DNA of 64,000 nt, taken from positions 682,001 to 746,000 of the forward strand of contig JBNJNM010000006.1 of NCBI GenBank assembly GCA_052426225.1. The letters are read 5' to 3'. A program made the position numbers and the translations under genes. Shown one piece after another: positions 25,270 through 39,508 of the stretch. The stretch's first letter is position 1; each line of letters starts with the position of its first letter. Below the pieces are notes generated by a model. The model was not told the origin of the DNA. It was given only the letters and a program-made list of their open reading frames with translations, and ran no database searches. Source of the DNA: Zancudomyces culisetae HAW-14-8. Its lineage: Eukaryota; Fungi; Kickxellomycota.

Positions 25270-28200
25270 AAAAGTAGCGTGGGTATGGAAAGATGTACCT
25301 ATTAAAAAGTACATCCCCTAAACGTATTTCAAACATATATTATATACACAAGATTTATCCTTTTTTTTCTTTCTCCCTGCCATCCCCCATCTCTCATCTC
25401 TCATCTCCCATCCCTCACTCTTACTAATTTATCTCACTTGCAATTTCATTCAAAATACTAAAAAGCTTGATGTTGACAAATATATAAACACACAAAATGG
25501 TCCCTAGAGTCACACCAACATATGTTAGAATATCAAGTTAAAATCTCGTACCGTTGGGCATTTCAGTACTTTTTAGCGAACTTTTAGATACCAGGTAAGT
25601 TTACCTGACTATCTTAATAATACATTTCATTAATTACACCCTCTCCTGTAAAGAAAAAAAATGTTAAGAGTGAAAGTGCATGAAAATTGTGAATAACCTT
25701 CACCACTATTATTAGTTTGCCGGTTTCAACCGATTTGTGCTCATAGTGTTCTCGAAACTTTAGCGGAGAAGGACAGAAAAAATAAACGGAAAAAACTGTC
25801 TCTTTCATTTTTTTTTTTGAGCGAGAAGATGAATAGGTACTTCTTACTTTGAAGGTCTCAGATCTGTTAATGGAAAAAAAATGTAACGGCTGACCTTTCT
25901 ATTCAAAAGCATGGAGTTTCAATGCACCTACAAATGGCATTTCAATAAGCTTCAAAGTGAGTGATGTTTTTCTTTTCATTTGCTCAAATTGTTTAAAACC
26001 TAAACTAAAAATCTGGGGAGAGGCAAGCATCCATGAGGCCCTACTGTTTTTTTTTTTGAGAAGTTGAGACAAAATAAGATGAGATCTAGCCATGCATACT
26101 GTTGGTCTTTGAATTAATTAGCTAACAGAGTATGAGCAAATGTTAACTATGTGTACACCACCAAAGACATTTAATAACAGTCTAGATTCGTTGCACTAGT
26201 ACAATTTAATTGATTTCCAACTCCACTTTAAACCAAAAATCAGAAATATTGTTCATAAACACCTCTCAACACCGCTTTTTTAAATACCATATTTTTTAAA
26301 AAAGCATGGCGGTGTGGGTTTGGCAGTGAAGAAAAACAAAAATAGTAGACCCCAGTGGTTCCATACCTTTCTCCTCCCCTTTCTTTTTCCCTTTCTCTCG
26401 CATCAAATAATAATTATAAAGTATACGCTTCTTTTTTACTTTGGATTTTACCCTTTTTGCTCATATGAGAGTACAACCGTACTAAATGGGAACATTAATG
26501 TACCCGTATATAGTACAACTCTGTATGGCAAATGCTTGTAAATATAATCATTTGTTCAGCAATACGTTTTTTTCTGCATTCACTTTAAAAATGTTTGAAG
26601 AACTATTAAAAAAAACGTACTGAATCTAAATACCTTGCAAGAAAAACAAAAGTCTAGTAAAAATACCATCTGCTATGAATAGTTCCAAAAAACTTAGAAG
26701 TATTTATTTTTTTTGCTTTACGGCTATCCCCATTTAATAGAGTATCAAGGGCAGAATAATGTCATTAAACTCAATATAACATAAAAATATGCTTTCGGGG
26801 ATGAACTTCTCATTTCCCTTTTTTGACTGGTGGTTAATGTTTGCATCTATATTAATATGTTTCTAGACCCCGATTTGCAAATAAGCGTGTCCGTGATGCT
26901 AATATTCATGTGACTACTACTTTTAGTGCGGTTTCATTTTGATATACCAAAAGATATTGACCAATAAATCATATTTACAATTTTGCAAAATATCAAAAAG
27001 AATAGAGCAACAACATGAGCTTTTCCAGAATGGCACGAGTTTCGTGTATTATGTGTTCAGGCATGTTAACTTTTTTTTCCTGTATTATGTAGATGATCCA
27101 AACCTTAGCAGAGGAAAAAGAATGAGTATTGGTTTGTAGATAGTTTTTTAACTTTACCGCTAGTATGTTTATTCAAGTAGAAGCTGGCTTTTGAGTGGGA
27201 AATAATTTTATTAACTGTTATAGGTTTGTTATTTATTTTTCTTTTTTGGAACAGTAATAAATTTTTGTCTTGCTCTAATTAGCTCTAAAAGCGCACTATC
27301 AATTATGACCAATAAATGTTAAACGAAAATTCCAATCTTTCTTCTTCCACTCCTCCTCCTCCTCCCCCTCCTCCTCCTCCTCCTCCTCTTCTTCTTTTCT
27401 CCTCCCCCACATATACATACATACATATAAAAAGCACTAGAAAATCGCCATAGCAAATAAAAAGCACCTTCCCGCTTGAAAATAAGAGGAAAGAAAAAGA
27501 GAAACCACTAGAAAAGTAGCCATATGTTGATGCAGAAAAACCATTATGCACCAATTATTTTTTTTACTGAAAAGATGTGTTTAACTCTAAAAAGCACTTT
27601 TGCTTTAAGCTCTTATAATGGCTATCAGATTTTTTTTTCTAAACATTTGTAGATCAACATAAAGTAAATAAATGAGTAAATGGGTGGATGAATAGTGGTG
27701 AAAACTCCTGTGCGAAAACATTGCACAAAAAATAATCTTCACGTACGTTTAAATGCGCTAATATTCATGTTTTAGCAAAATTATTGCCATTCTAAAGGTT
27801 TTATTTTCATATCCAAACCTTGAGCTGCCTCCACGCACCACGCACCACGTTCATCAATTATTTCATTTGGACTATACAAGTCAAACATTAAATTCAAACG
27901 TTTGTTTTTCATGTTACTACTTCATTTGCAGTTATGCCTTGAAAAGTCAAAATTAATCCCAACTAGTAGGTTTCAAATTAAATAAATGTGTAAATCACAC
28001 ACTCTTCAAACTAATGCAAGAGATTTTGTGAATATATAATTGTATTTGTTTACAGGTCTTCATTTTAAAACTTAATTTGTCTTGAAGTAACTTTGCTGTT
28101 TTGCTTTATTATAGAAATAGAAATATAGAGTATATATACGACCAAAAGTACGCACCTATAATCAAATACTACCGCTTTTTTATTACTACGGTTAACAAAA

Positions 28201-28497
28201 ATAGGAAAAGATAAATAAGAAACCTGTAGACTAAAAATTAAACGCTTATATACGCTTTAGTAAATGACCTTTTTTGAATAATACCATACTATTTATGTAC
28301 GTATTGCCATATTTTTGCCTTTTTAGTTTTATATACCAAAAAAAAACAATTTACGAAGATATCGCAGCCCTTTATAGCGGAAAAGTAAAATAATACCCCA
28401 ATAGTAGCAATAAAAAAGAAATAAGCAAAAAAAAAAACAATCACTAATTAAACGACTTTTGCTATAAAGAATTTATGAAAAGAAACTCTGGTAGAAA

Positions 28498-30162
28498 ATG
28501 ATAAAATATGATCATGACCTCAACAATCGAGATAACGAAAAAATATTTAAAAAAAGTAATGGATACCCAGAATATACATGTGAAACAAGGGAGCATATAG
28601 GAGTAGTGAATGATTACATCAATAACCTCAAAGATGGAATGGATATTTCAAAAATCAACAAGAAGCCAGAGTTAATGGATATCACTGTTGATAGCTATGA
28701 TTATATGATGTCGACTTCCAGCTACGACTATACTAACTATTCCAGCAATTCTCCGCTGGATACATTGGAAAGAAATGTAGATTTGGGAGGAGGTATCACC
28801 AAAGAAAATAAAGGAACGAATGAGTACCTTTATTCAAATTCCAATGTATATAGCTCCAAAAATACACTAGTAGAGGATAGAAGTAGAGTAGACTCCTACA
28901 AAATAAATTCAGCAAGTGGGTTACACACAGCAAAAAGAAGCGAAACAACACATGCAATTGACGGTGCATTGTCAGTTACTATAAGACAAGTGGGTTACAT
29001 AAATCAAAAGTATGGCGAACCAATCAAACATTTGGGTGCAGGTACAGGTGGCCAAGTCAAACTTTTTAGAAAGAATGAGACAGGAGAGGTAATAATCCAT
29101 AGATCTTGGCGAATATATATATATATATATATCTGTAAACATTAAATATCAAATGAAATGAAATGAAACAGTACTAACCATTGTGTAAATAATAAATAGC
29201 TCATTGCAATTAAATTCTTTAAAAAGCAGTCAAGCAAGGAGAACAAAGAGGGTAGGGTGACCAGATCATGTCTAGCTGAGCTAGCGATATGTGTCAATGT
29301 AGACCACCCAAACATAATAAGAACATCTGAAGTAATTATGGAATACAATCAGCTTTACTATGCAGTGATGGAATATTGCCCAATAGATTTATTTACCCTT
29401 CTACAAGCAAAAAAACTAACAAAACAAGAAATCAACTGTTACTTTGGCCAGCTCATAAATGGAATTAGCTATCTGCACAGGAGAGGTATTGCCCACAGAG
29501 ATTTGAAACTTGACAACTTATGTGTTACATTGGATGGGACTCTAAAAATCATTGATTTTGGATGCTCGACAATATTTCGTAGAAAAATGCCCGAATCTAG
29601 GCTTGATGGTTCTCGGCATAATTACAATGTATTTAACGGTGGGAAACAATTATCGTCTGTACCAATGAGCAGGTCCGGTAATCATGACTCGCAAGGTACA
29701 TATAATAGGGATCATTATGAAAATACCAACAGCACATACAATGCTGGTCATGTAAATTATGTGTATGTTGATCTGCCTTCATATGGACTATGTGGTTCTG
29801 ACCCATATATTGCACCCGAGCTTTACCTCAGTGATTCCTACGACGCAAAAAAAGTTGATGTGTGGGCCGCAGGTATTATCTTTCTCTCAATGCACAATCT
29901 TCATTTCCCTTGGGATATTGCTCACCCCTCAAAGGACAAGAATTTTAGAACATATATCAAAATGCCGGCTGCGTTTATAGAGTGCTGGCTAGACGACAAA
30001 ACCGGAAGTGCTGAATTGATCAAAAAAATGCTTGAAATACAACCAAAGTTGAGAATAGGCATTGAAGATGTTTATATGGACCCATGGTATATGAATGTAT
30101 CTGTTTGTACAAAGACTTTTAAATCAAGAAGTCACTTCCACTATGTAACCGAAAAAGATTAG
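28498..30162 (+). CDS. HAL/NPR-family Ser/Thr protein kinase (Hal5/Sat4/Hrk1/Npr1-like); join(28498..29088,29200..30162)
   Basis: LGAGTGGQV P-loop, spliced IAIK, HPNII, IAHRDLKLDNL, KIIDFG, and the family-typical GLCGSDPYIAPE and DVWAAG motifs. Confidence 0.88.
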
Positions 30163-30586
30163 CCACATGCTGCAGATAGTTTGTGAACTACGAATGCCAT
30201 TCATCTAGTTTGTTTGAGTATTAACATTTCGTTTATATATATATATATATTATATATTATACACAATTCATTGTTTTCTGGGTAACTGTAATTATTTAGG
30301 GATGTAAATATTTAAACTTTAACATATGCATTAGATTAGTAAAGTTTTATAAAAATAAATAAATTGAGAAATATAAACTTTGTTCTCAAATAAGAGCAAA
30401 ATTGTACTGTGCTGCAATAAAAAGATATAAACCTAAATAATGTTTAATCTGTGAATTTTAGATATAGGTATGAGTAAACGGGCGAATTTGTAATTATAAG
30501 AGTTAATATAATAGCAACAATATAAATAAATTTGTAAAATAGTATATGTTTGTTTATGTATTAATAAAAAGTGGTGAAAAAAGCAA

Positions 30587-30657
30587 GCCGTTGTAGTATA
30601 GTGGCAGTACATCGCGTTGTGGCCGCGTCGACCTTGGTTCGATTCCAGGCAACGGCA
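30587..30657 (+). tRNA. tRNA-His (anticodon GTG), intronless
   Basis: Acceptor stem GCCGTTG/CAACGGC, D-arm TAGTATAGTGG, anticodon loop TT-GTG-GC, T-loop GGTTCGATTCC, discriminator A, and a downstream T-run terminator. Confidence 0.95.
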
Positions 30658-33017
30658 TATCTTTTAACTTTTTAACCAAATTATTGATAGTGTTATTACC
30701 ATCTTTTATAATTGAGTGATTGTAGAAAATTGCTTTTTTTATGGCCAACGAAAAAGATCTGAGTCATAGGCCTTATTTTGAATCTGTGTCTGACAGATTC
30801 AAGTTTAATTGCCAGTTTTTTGATAAAAGCGTTATGTAAAAGAAAACAAAACAAAAAAATAATTGGCATGCAAAGTGCGGCTAGCAGATGTTTTATTTAA
30901 AGAGTAAGAAAAAAGATGCAGACTTTGTGCTTTCTAGGTACATGACTGCATTCATGTTGATTAAACCACCTAAAAAAATTGTATTCTGTGTAATCATTTA
31001 TATCACATTCACGCTACTGTCCACATTCACATTCACATTCACAATCACACTCACTTTCACACTCACAGGCATTCGTCCTGGTTATAGGATATTCCAGAAT
31101 GAAAATAGCCTGAACATTATTCTATATACAAAGTGGTACAAAACAGAAATAGATCCGTTTTATCAAGAAACGAGATAATTCTAACCAGCTTTTGCTGTTC
31201 AAAAATTCAGCATTGGCACAGGTATGTTATCTTTATATAATCTACACCTCCTCGTCTGGGGTTACGCATGTTTTTGCACTAAACTTTTGAACTCCATCGG
31301 TCTATAGTATCAATCCCATTGTATAGCACGCCATAAATGTGGTCAGGAGATTAGCAAGACTCTGTACGTCCATTCTCTTTTAGGTTTGTTGCTTTTTTTG
31401 TATTGAAGTGATGACGGTTTGTGTTATAACCAATTTTATTGGACAAACCTACTTTATTAAACACTCTTTGCCGTTACCTTGGTGCCAACCACGTTAAGAG
31501 AATAATAAAACGGGGATTACTCTCTTTGGATCGTTGTTCTTACTTGTGATGTCCACTTCATTTTTTTTTGAAAAAACGACCATGATTTAAAAAATAATAA
31601 TAAAGCTACAGGCTTAAGCTATACCTTACAGGTGTATCTGAAGCTAATTTTTTAGCTTGGAATAAAGTGGGAAATCCATTCTAACTTGGCAAGTTGATAT
31701 CCCGCGACTCTTTTAGCCACACATTTACATGATTAAAGTTGCAAACATACTTTTAGCGTTTTTGCAGCCCAGCCATTTTGACAGTTTTGATAATTGGGTT
31801 TAATCTTTATTTTTCCTCAGTTCTTTGGGTGGCGTAAAATAATATTCGTTAATGGTTGTGCGGTTAATGGCGGAGAGGATAGCTTTGTTCACTTGTTATC
31901 CTCAATGTATTGTACAAATATCAACTGTGTTCTAAATTTTGGCAAATGAATGTGAAGGAAGGGAGGAGTTTAACAATGGGGGCATTTGATTTCTGGTTGA
32001 TTATTTGTAGGTCATTATAATATTGAGACTATGGAAATAGCGAATTGCCGAAATAGTTAATAAGAAAAATACCAATGTTAATTGGTTTACAATTTTATAC
32101 CTGGCAAAAAAAAATTAACAACAAATAAGTAGCTGATTTAATGGGAAAACTAAAAAGCGTGAAAAAAAACTGTTAATATCATTTTCAAATATCAGCATAC
32201 CCATTTAAACAACATCTGGTTTACATATGCAAGAACAATAAGCTGATACTCATCATCTGATACCCTTATACAGATAAACCTGCCTATTGATGCATAGTTG
32301 TAAGCGTTAAAGCACACGTATATACTCCAAAAGGAATGCGATATATCTGAAAAGTTGTTTTCACCAACGTATCTACCTTCAGACATGCAGCTCCTGTTGT
32401 TCACCAGGCATTAACATAAACAAAAAAAACTACTTAAAGCTTGCTCTATACTACTTTTTACTCTTTGTTTAGCGGTGGTAAGGTGCCAAATGTAAGATTA
32501 CTTAAACTTGGCATCAAATTAGATCATGAAAACATAACATGTTTTTTTTTTAGCGAAGCAAAGCTTTCTTATTAGCATTTTGGTAATTAAATAGATTGAA
32601 AAATCGAAAGAAATGCTCGTGAAAATGGAAGGCGGGAAGGGTTGAGTGAGTATTTAAAAAAACCACCTGTTTTTTCTGTTTAATTGCTGTTGTTATTATT
32701 GTTATTTTTTTATCGCCTCTAGCCCTCAATTTTCGGGTAAGAATCAAACTTGAAAAAAAAAAAAAAAAACAAAAAACAATTGAGGTAGACTAGCAGGGTA
32801 AAGTTTTCACAATGAAAATAGGGAGTATCTTGCTTAACCCCGACCCAAAAAAATATTCAATTGTTAATTGCAAAGATACTATAAAAACTCATTGCAATAC
32901 GCAGACAATTATACCTTCAATAAATATTATAGAATACCTTGAATTTATTCCACAAAAACAGAGCAACATTTGCCTAAAACTCAAATCCGTGCTCAGTGCG
33001 CCTCTAAAGAAGTAACA

Positions 33018-34731
33018 ATGAAATTTGACGCAAGCAAATTAAACACAGATCCCTCCTTTAAAGATTATGTTGACGATAGGTCTATGATATTAACCTGTGC
33101 TGATGAGGTAAATCTTTCAATCGTATTCTTTTTGAATTTAAATCGCTCTTTATTTAATTCCTAGCCAAGGACAATTATCAATACCACTATTTAATGCTGG
33201 TGGTATTTTCTGCAAATTACATCAACTACCAAACCAAACCAAACATATGAATAACTCGAAATAAAAATAGGCAAAAATCCAAGACAAAAAATACGATGTT
33301 ATAGTCGTAGGTGCTGGCCCTATCGGCGCAGCCATGGCAACTTCATTCGCAAGAGATGGAAGAAAAGTTTTGATTGTAGAGCGAAGCTGGGACAAACCAG
33401 ATCGTATCGTAGGGGAACTCATGCAGCCTGGTGGTGTCCAAGCATTGGAGAAGCTAGGATTGGTTGAGGCATTCTATGGAATTGGCGCGGTTGAGGCTAA
33501 TGGATACCATGTTGCATATAAAGACCAAAGTGTGTATATCCCATACAATATTGATGCAGAGACAGGAAAAAGAATAAAAGGAGTATCATTCCATCATGGA
33601 GATTTCCTTGCAAATATGCGCGCAGCATGTAAAGCAGAGGAAAATGTCACATGTTTGGAAGCTGAGGTATCAGAGCTTGTTTCAGACAAGATTACAGGGC
33701 AGATATTAGGTGTGGACGTCGAACCACGAAGAGGACACAAGGATTTAGAGGCATATAATCCTAGTGGTGATACACTGGCACTAGAATCAGGACAACATGG
33801 ATTCAAGGTTTATGCACCCTTCACTGTTGTTGCTGATGGCATTTATTCAAAGTTCCGTACGGTAAATAACCCATCTCGCAAGCCTACGCTTAGATCACAC
33901 TTTGTTGGCTTCGTAATAAAGCATGAAAAATCCAATCCACTTCCACGCCCCCACAACGGTCATGTGTTTTTGACGGGTTTTACACCAGTTCTGATGTATC
34001 AACTGACCGACAATGAAACCAGAGTATTGATAGATGTCCCAGGAACCAAGCTACCAAAACAAAGCGATGGGTCACTTCGTCGTTATATCGAAGCCGCAGG
34101 AAATACATTACCAAGTGGAGTTCGTGAAGCATTTTTAGATAGTTTGGAAAACTCAAAGAGGCTGAGGGTCATGACCAATTCATCGTATCAAGCAAAAAAG
34201 ATCAAAATAAAAGGTGCAGTGTTTGTTGGAGATTCGTTTAACATGAGACACCCACTGACTGGTGGTGGAATGACGGTTGGATACTGGGATTGTGTTTATG
34301 TTATGCAGGCCTTGTCACCAACAAACATTCCCGATCTTAGTGACACAGACAGCATTATCGAAGCCCTCGAAAGTGCATACACTTCACGACGCCCACGCGC
34401 ACTTGTTGTCAACACCATGTCTGTTGCACTGTACTCTTTGTTTGCCGCTGATAACGAGCACTACAGAATCCTGCGTGATGCTTGCTTCCAATACTTTACA
34501 CTCGGTGGAGATGCTGTCGATGGACCCAGTGGTCTTCTTTCTGGTACCAATATAAATCCACTCGTACTTGCACATCACTTTTTTTCCGTTGCTCTTTATG
34601 CTCTCTTTTTGCAAATGTGTAAATCAACAACGGGATTGGAGATGCTGCAGTATTTCATCAAGGGTCTTTACACTCTGTTTGTTGCCGCGAGCATTTTTAT
34701 TCCGCTTATAATTAGCGAAATGATGTCTTGA
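33018..34731 (+). CDS. ERG1: Squalene epoxidase; join(33018..33107,33271..34731)
   Basis: YDVIVVGAGPIG FAD motif, PDRIVGELMQPGG, FHHGDF, VADGIYSKFR, GDSFNMRHPLTGGGMTV and C-terminal hydrophobic helices. Confidence 0.95.
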
Positions 34732-35790
34732 AACATCGCGTTTTCTGATATCTAGTATTATTTTTATTGTTTTACATTGACTTTTAAAGTGAAAAAAAAA
34801 AGAAATTTGCCCAAGTGTCTTTGTAATTTATCTATGTTGCGGATTACATCACTAAGGATTTACCTCATCGATTTTTATTTGGGTGTGAAAAAGAAGAAAG
34901 GTTAGCTAAATTTTAACACTCTTTTCCAACCAAACAACATTACAGTTGCTGTTCCCATCTTTTGCTTTAATTGTCAGGTGTTCCCCTTCGATACCAAGTA
35001 TATATGCTATGTAATAGCTTATTAGAACTGGGCATCTATTTTTTGTCATGTACAACCTAGGGCATCTCTCCAATCTTGTATATTTTGACTCTGCTGTGAT
35101 TTAGGGTTTAAAAAGCCAGTGTAATTGAAATTACCACAGAATACACAACAAATTATACAAGGTATAACATAGAATACAACACAAAATATAAAGCAAAACA
35201 AAAACATAAATAAATGAAAACTGGTAACCCCATTGCAGAATTTACATATCACGTGAACAATATGATGAGCCAACATAACAAAAATTCACTTTTTTTTTCT
35301 TTTCACCAGTACCATTTGCAAGAAGAATGCACACTTCTCTGATGCCCCCTTTTTTTAATTTGCTCATGCATAAAATCTCTATCTCAAATTCATTAGGCTT
35401 GGAAAAAAGAAACAATCAAAATGTACGGTTTTGGATTTTCGGCACGTGCAGTTCACAGGATTACTATCATTTTCAGTTTATCACAATAAGGTTTTTAGAG
35501 AATTTTTAGCTACCCGAGTTAAAATTTAGGTTATCAAAAAAAATTTCTAACTGTTTCATTTTTTTTAATACTATTTTTTTGTGTTTAAGCAACCAGCTTT
35601 CCAAAACAAAAAAATACATATTTTTCACCTAATAAAAAGTTAAAGTTGGATAGGTTTTTATAACCTGAAGGGCAAATATCGAATAGTTTCTACCAGAAAT
35701 CAAGTTGTTAAATCTTGTTTAATATAATAGAGAGGCAAATTATAAAGAAATCGTATAGAAAGCGACAGTAAAAAGGAGCAATTGACTAAA

Positions 35791-37076
35791 ATGCTAAACA
35801 ATATCGCGACACTTATGGCCCCAACGCCATTAAGGGAATTTATCTCTCAGTTTTTTGGTTATGTTTCTCTTTTCTTTTTTGGAATTGTAATGATACCGTA
35901 AGTACTCGGTTTCCTGTTATGATATTTATATTCAGCTGCATTTGCCTACCATGTCCCTAGCTATCACTATTATGTTGGTATGCGACTTCTGGTGCATTCA
36001 TTTTACTAACATACTGTGTTCCTCTTTACAACAGCCAAATTATAGAAAACTACAGAAATAAATCGGCAGAATCGGTTTCAGTGGTGATGCTCTATATATG
36101 GTTAGTTGGTGATATCCTCAATTTAATTGGTGGTTTTACTCAAGGAATAATATTTACAGCAGTAAGTATAGTGGCATTAAATGTTGTTTGTTCATTATAT
36201 ATGTTGCTTATCGTACATTATTTGCGGACTTTATACTATATTTCACTTTACTTTAATTTTCTACGTAAAAATAGTTGTTGTTGGCCACATATTTTATCGT
36301 TTCTGACCTCATTGTTACCTTCCAAGTCTATTACTACAGATTCTACTACAACAGCAATAAGAGAGCATATGTAGAAGACGAAGAATCTGACCAAAATTCT
36401 CCAATGCTAGGAACCAACAACGAAATTCCAACAACATACGAATCCACATATAGCCAACAACATGAAGTCGCAGGTTTGCAACCACAGCGCGTTTTATGTG
36501 AGAGAAAAAACACAATGATAAGGCTGGCTCTATCTATTTTACTGGCCGTTGCTGTAATTGGGGCATTATGCATTATGTTCCCCGCTTATAACTCTAACAC
36601 CAGTCCTTCGCAGGTAACTTTTACTAATATCAATCAAACAATTATTATTAAACATAATTACGACCATTAATATGTTATTTTAACTTCCTACATTAGAATA
36701 CTAAGCGCAAACCCGAGCTTAGTTTTTGGCCTCAAGCATTTGGATATTTAAGTACGACACTATATGGTAAGTTTATCTACCTATATCTATTACACGTTTT
36801 TCGTATATGATTGCTAATCAACTTTTGTGTAAAAATGATATAGTTACTTCGCGAATTCCACAAATAATGCTAAACTACAAAAATAAATCTTGTGAAGGGC
36901 TTTCACTTTGGCTTTTTATTTTCACTCTGATCGGAAACCTAACTTACATCCTTGCCTTTTTTGCAGATTCAATGGAGCTCGATGATATTGTTTTAAATTT
37001 GCCCTGGATATTAGGCGCTGCAGTGACTCCTGTATTTGATATGGTCATTTTTTACCAGTTCTACATTTATAAATGA
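35791..37076 (+). CDS. PQ-loop family vacuolar/lysosomal amino-acid transporter (Ypq/PQLC2-like); join(35791..35897,36035..36161,36275..36613,36697..36766,36844..37076)
   Basis: Two PQ motifs after splicing (VMIP|QIIENYRNKSAESVS..LYIWLVGDILNLIG and SRIPQIMLNYKNKSCEGLS). Four GT-AG introns preserve the frame. Confidence 0.88.
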
Positions 37077-39088
37077 TGATAGTCCCATCACCCCATTCGC
37101 GATGACAATTCGTTACTACTATTTGCTGCCTAATTTTTGGAAATAAAACCTCATAATTCAATATCCACAATGCGAAAGTCGATGAGGAATGTATATTTTT
37201 TCTGTTTGCATCTAAAATATTATTTTTCTGCTTTTAAGAAGTACCCACTTACAGCTCTTAGCTATTTAGTATGTGAAATATCAATAGTATTATTGTTGTA
37301 ATAGTATTGTTTATGAGTGCCAGACTTTAAAAGCGACTTTACTATTTTTCTATTTGTCAAAATAATAGTAATTAAGATTGTGGACTTGCAGAGACTAGCA
37401 TAAACACGTCGGTGTTCATATTTATTGGTGATATTTACCAACTTTAACTAAATTATAAGATATCGAGACGGGGCAAAGCGTGGCAGAGGAAGTCTACTTT
37501 GTTTTGCGTATTGGATTATAGGCACTATCTTTGTAAGATCAGTACACGCTATTTAATAGATTTTCAATTATACCCAAAAGTTCTTTTCTCCAACTTGTTA
37601 ATAGACTTTGTCATAATATTCTATGAAAAAATGACAACAGTAGCAAACCAAAAGGAATTATAATTTATACTCGAGCATTAGTACAGTTTTTTTATATTGC
37701 CTTTAAGATTTTCTAGTGATGCAGCGGGGCTGTATTTCATTTGGGCAAAATGGTTAAACACATTTCTCAATTATTAGGGTGACCATTATTGGTAAAGCTT
37801 CCATAAAGGATATGGTTAGAATTGAACAACTAAATTAGAACTTGAATGGAACAAGAAAGCAGGCTTCATTTGAACCAAACTGGTTTTGTGATTTATGCAT
37901 TTCGTCGACTTTTGAGTACCTTGGCTTTCTTTTTTATCATCTTTATCATCTTTATCATCTTTATCATTTTTATCATTTTCCATTTTCTTTATACTTTTTT
38001 GGAACTCTGTAAACGTTTAGCTCTTATAGAGTCACTATTTTTTTGTGTAGCATTCTGTTTTTCCATATATTTGCATCCATTTTTTGTCATCTCAAGCTAG
38101 GGTTGGTTCGTTTTCCTCAGTTCATAACGATTACTACTCAATATTACTGTTCTAAATAATACAACAAAAAAAAAGAGAGAATCCGTTGGCTGTATTTATT
38201 ACAAGCTAACATTATCACACGGTGTTATTTTTTAAGTGTTACTTCTTTTCAGTTTATACACCATCATTAAAGGTGGAAATCAGATTAAGAAAAGAATGAT
38301 GTGATTAACTTGACTGCTAACAAGAGTCCGTGTTGCATATTTCGCTATTTTATAGATTTTTTGCTAGGAAATATGAATTATTGATTTCCATAAACCATTC
38401 TTGTACCTCTCGCTTATAAAAATTATAAATTGTCAAAACGCACTTTTTACTGCTTAATAATTTGTATCATGTATAAAAAAGCAGTAATATTTTAAATCAT
38501 TCAAATAATACAATTTTATAATTTTACCTGTTTTTTTGTTATTAAGTCACATAACAAATGTATACCCGTGATTCTAGCATTTGTTTGCTATATCACACTT
38601 AGTCCCTATACTTTAGCAAACAGTACTAATTTCAATTGTATACTAGAATTTCTTCAAGTAGACCATATTAAATATTATTTATTTTAAAAATAACAATTAA
38701 AAGTCTAACTATAAAAATTGGCTCCCCAGTATCTGACGAGTAATCGAACATTATTATGTATGTAAGGATATTCATAGTTCCTTTGTTTTGGTAAGTACGA
38801 AAAATGTATTTTTGTAAATTAAATTTTAATTATAATGGGAGCAACTTTTTCATTTGCACTATCTAAATAATGAAGTGTAGAGTGTGTTTAAGGTTTACTA
38901 ACCAGAGCTCAGTATACAAAATAGGGACAATAATTATAATTGTTATCAGTTATTTGTATAGTTGTAATAATCGTAATTATATGGAACATGTTAGTCTTCT
39001 GCACAGAGCACTCTTGAAAATTATTGTTAAAAGTATAATTTTGCTGTACAAAAAAAAAGTAAAAGAAAAATCATTGAATAACATATTT

Positions 39089-39347
39089 TTGAACAATTAT
39101 AATTTGAATAGAAATCGATCAAAGGTGGGGATGTATGAATCATTATGTACTTTATAGCAGTTATCTTGAAATATTATACAATACAGGTTCTTTTAAAAGC
39201 ATAATACAGAAAAATAGCAACCAGCAGTTAAAGTATTGTGTTATCAGAAAATACACTTGTATTTATGGTGGATTGATTTAACTTGACTTCAAGTGTTGGG
39301 ACACTCAAATACAAGTAGTACACATGTTTACAAAAAACTATAAATAG
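39089..39347 (+). promoter_or_regulatory. Upstream region ending in the TATA box TATAAATAG; identical to 61667..61925
   Basis: 259-bp direct duplicate (offset 22578) upstream of both secreted-repeat genes. Confidence 0.8.
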
Positions 39348-39508
39348 TCAACTTTTAGTGTTAACATTTGTAGTTTAAACTAAACAAGTGTTTTCTATTT
39401 TGACTTTTAATTACCACAAAAATAGTAAAAGACAAAAGGGTTTTATGTTAAGAAACTAGTTTAAAGAAATTACATATTAATAAAGCTAATACAAACAAGT
39501 AATTAAAA

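Noticed and set aside
25590-25602. ACTTACCTGG on the minus strand resembling the U1 snRNA 5' end
   Set aside because: No U1 stem-loop I/II motifs follow; it is simply a splice-donor-like CAGGTAAGT on the + strand.
24500-28490. Short ORFs in the 4-kb MGM1-kinase intergenic region (also 30700-33000)
   Set aside because: Low-complexity, AT-rich translations with no motifs; treated as non-coding.
30554-30748. 64-aa minus-strand ORF
   Set aside because: Antisense to tRNA-His.
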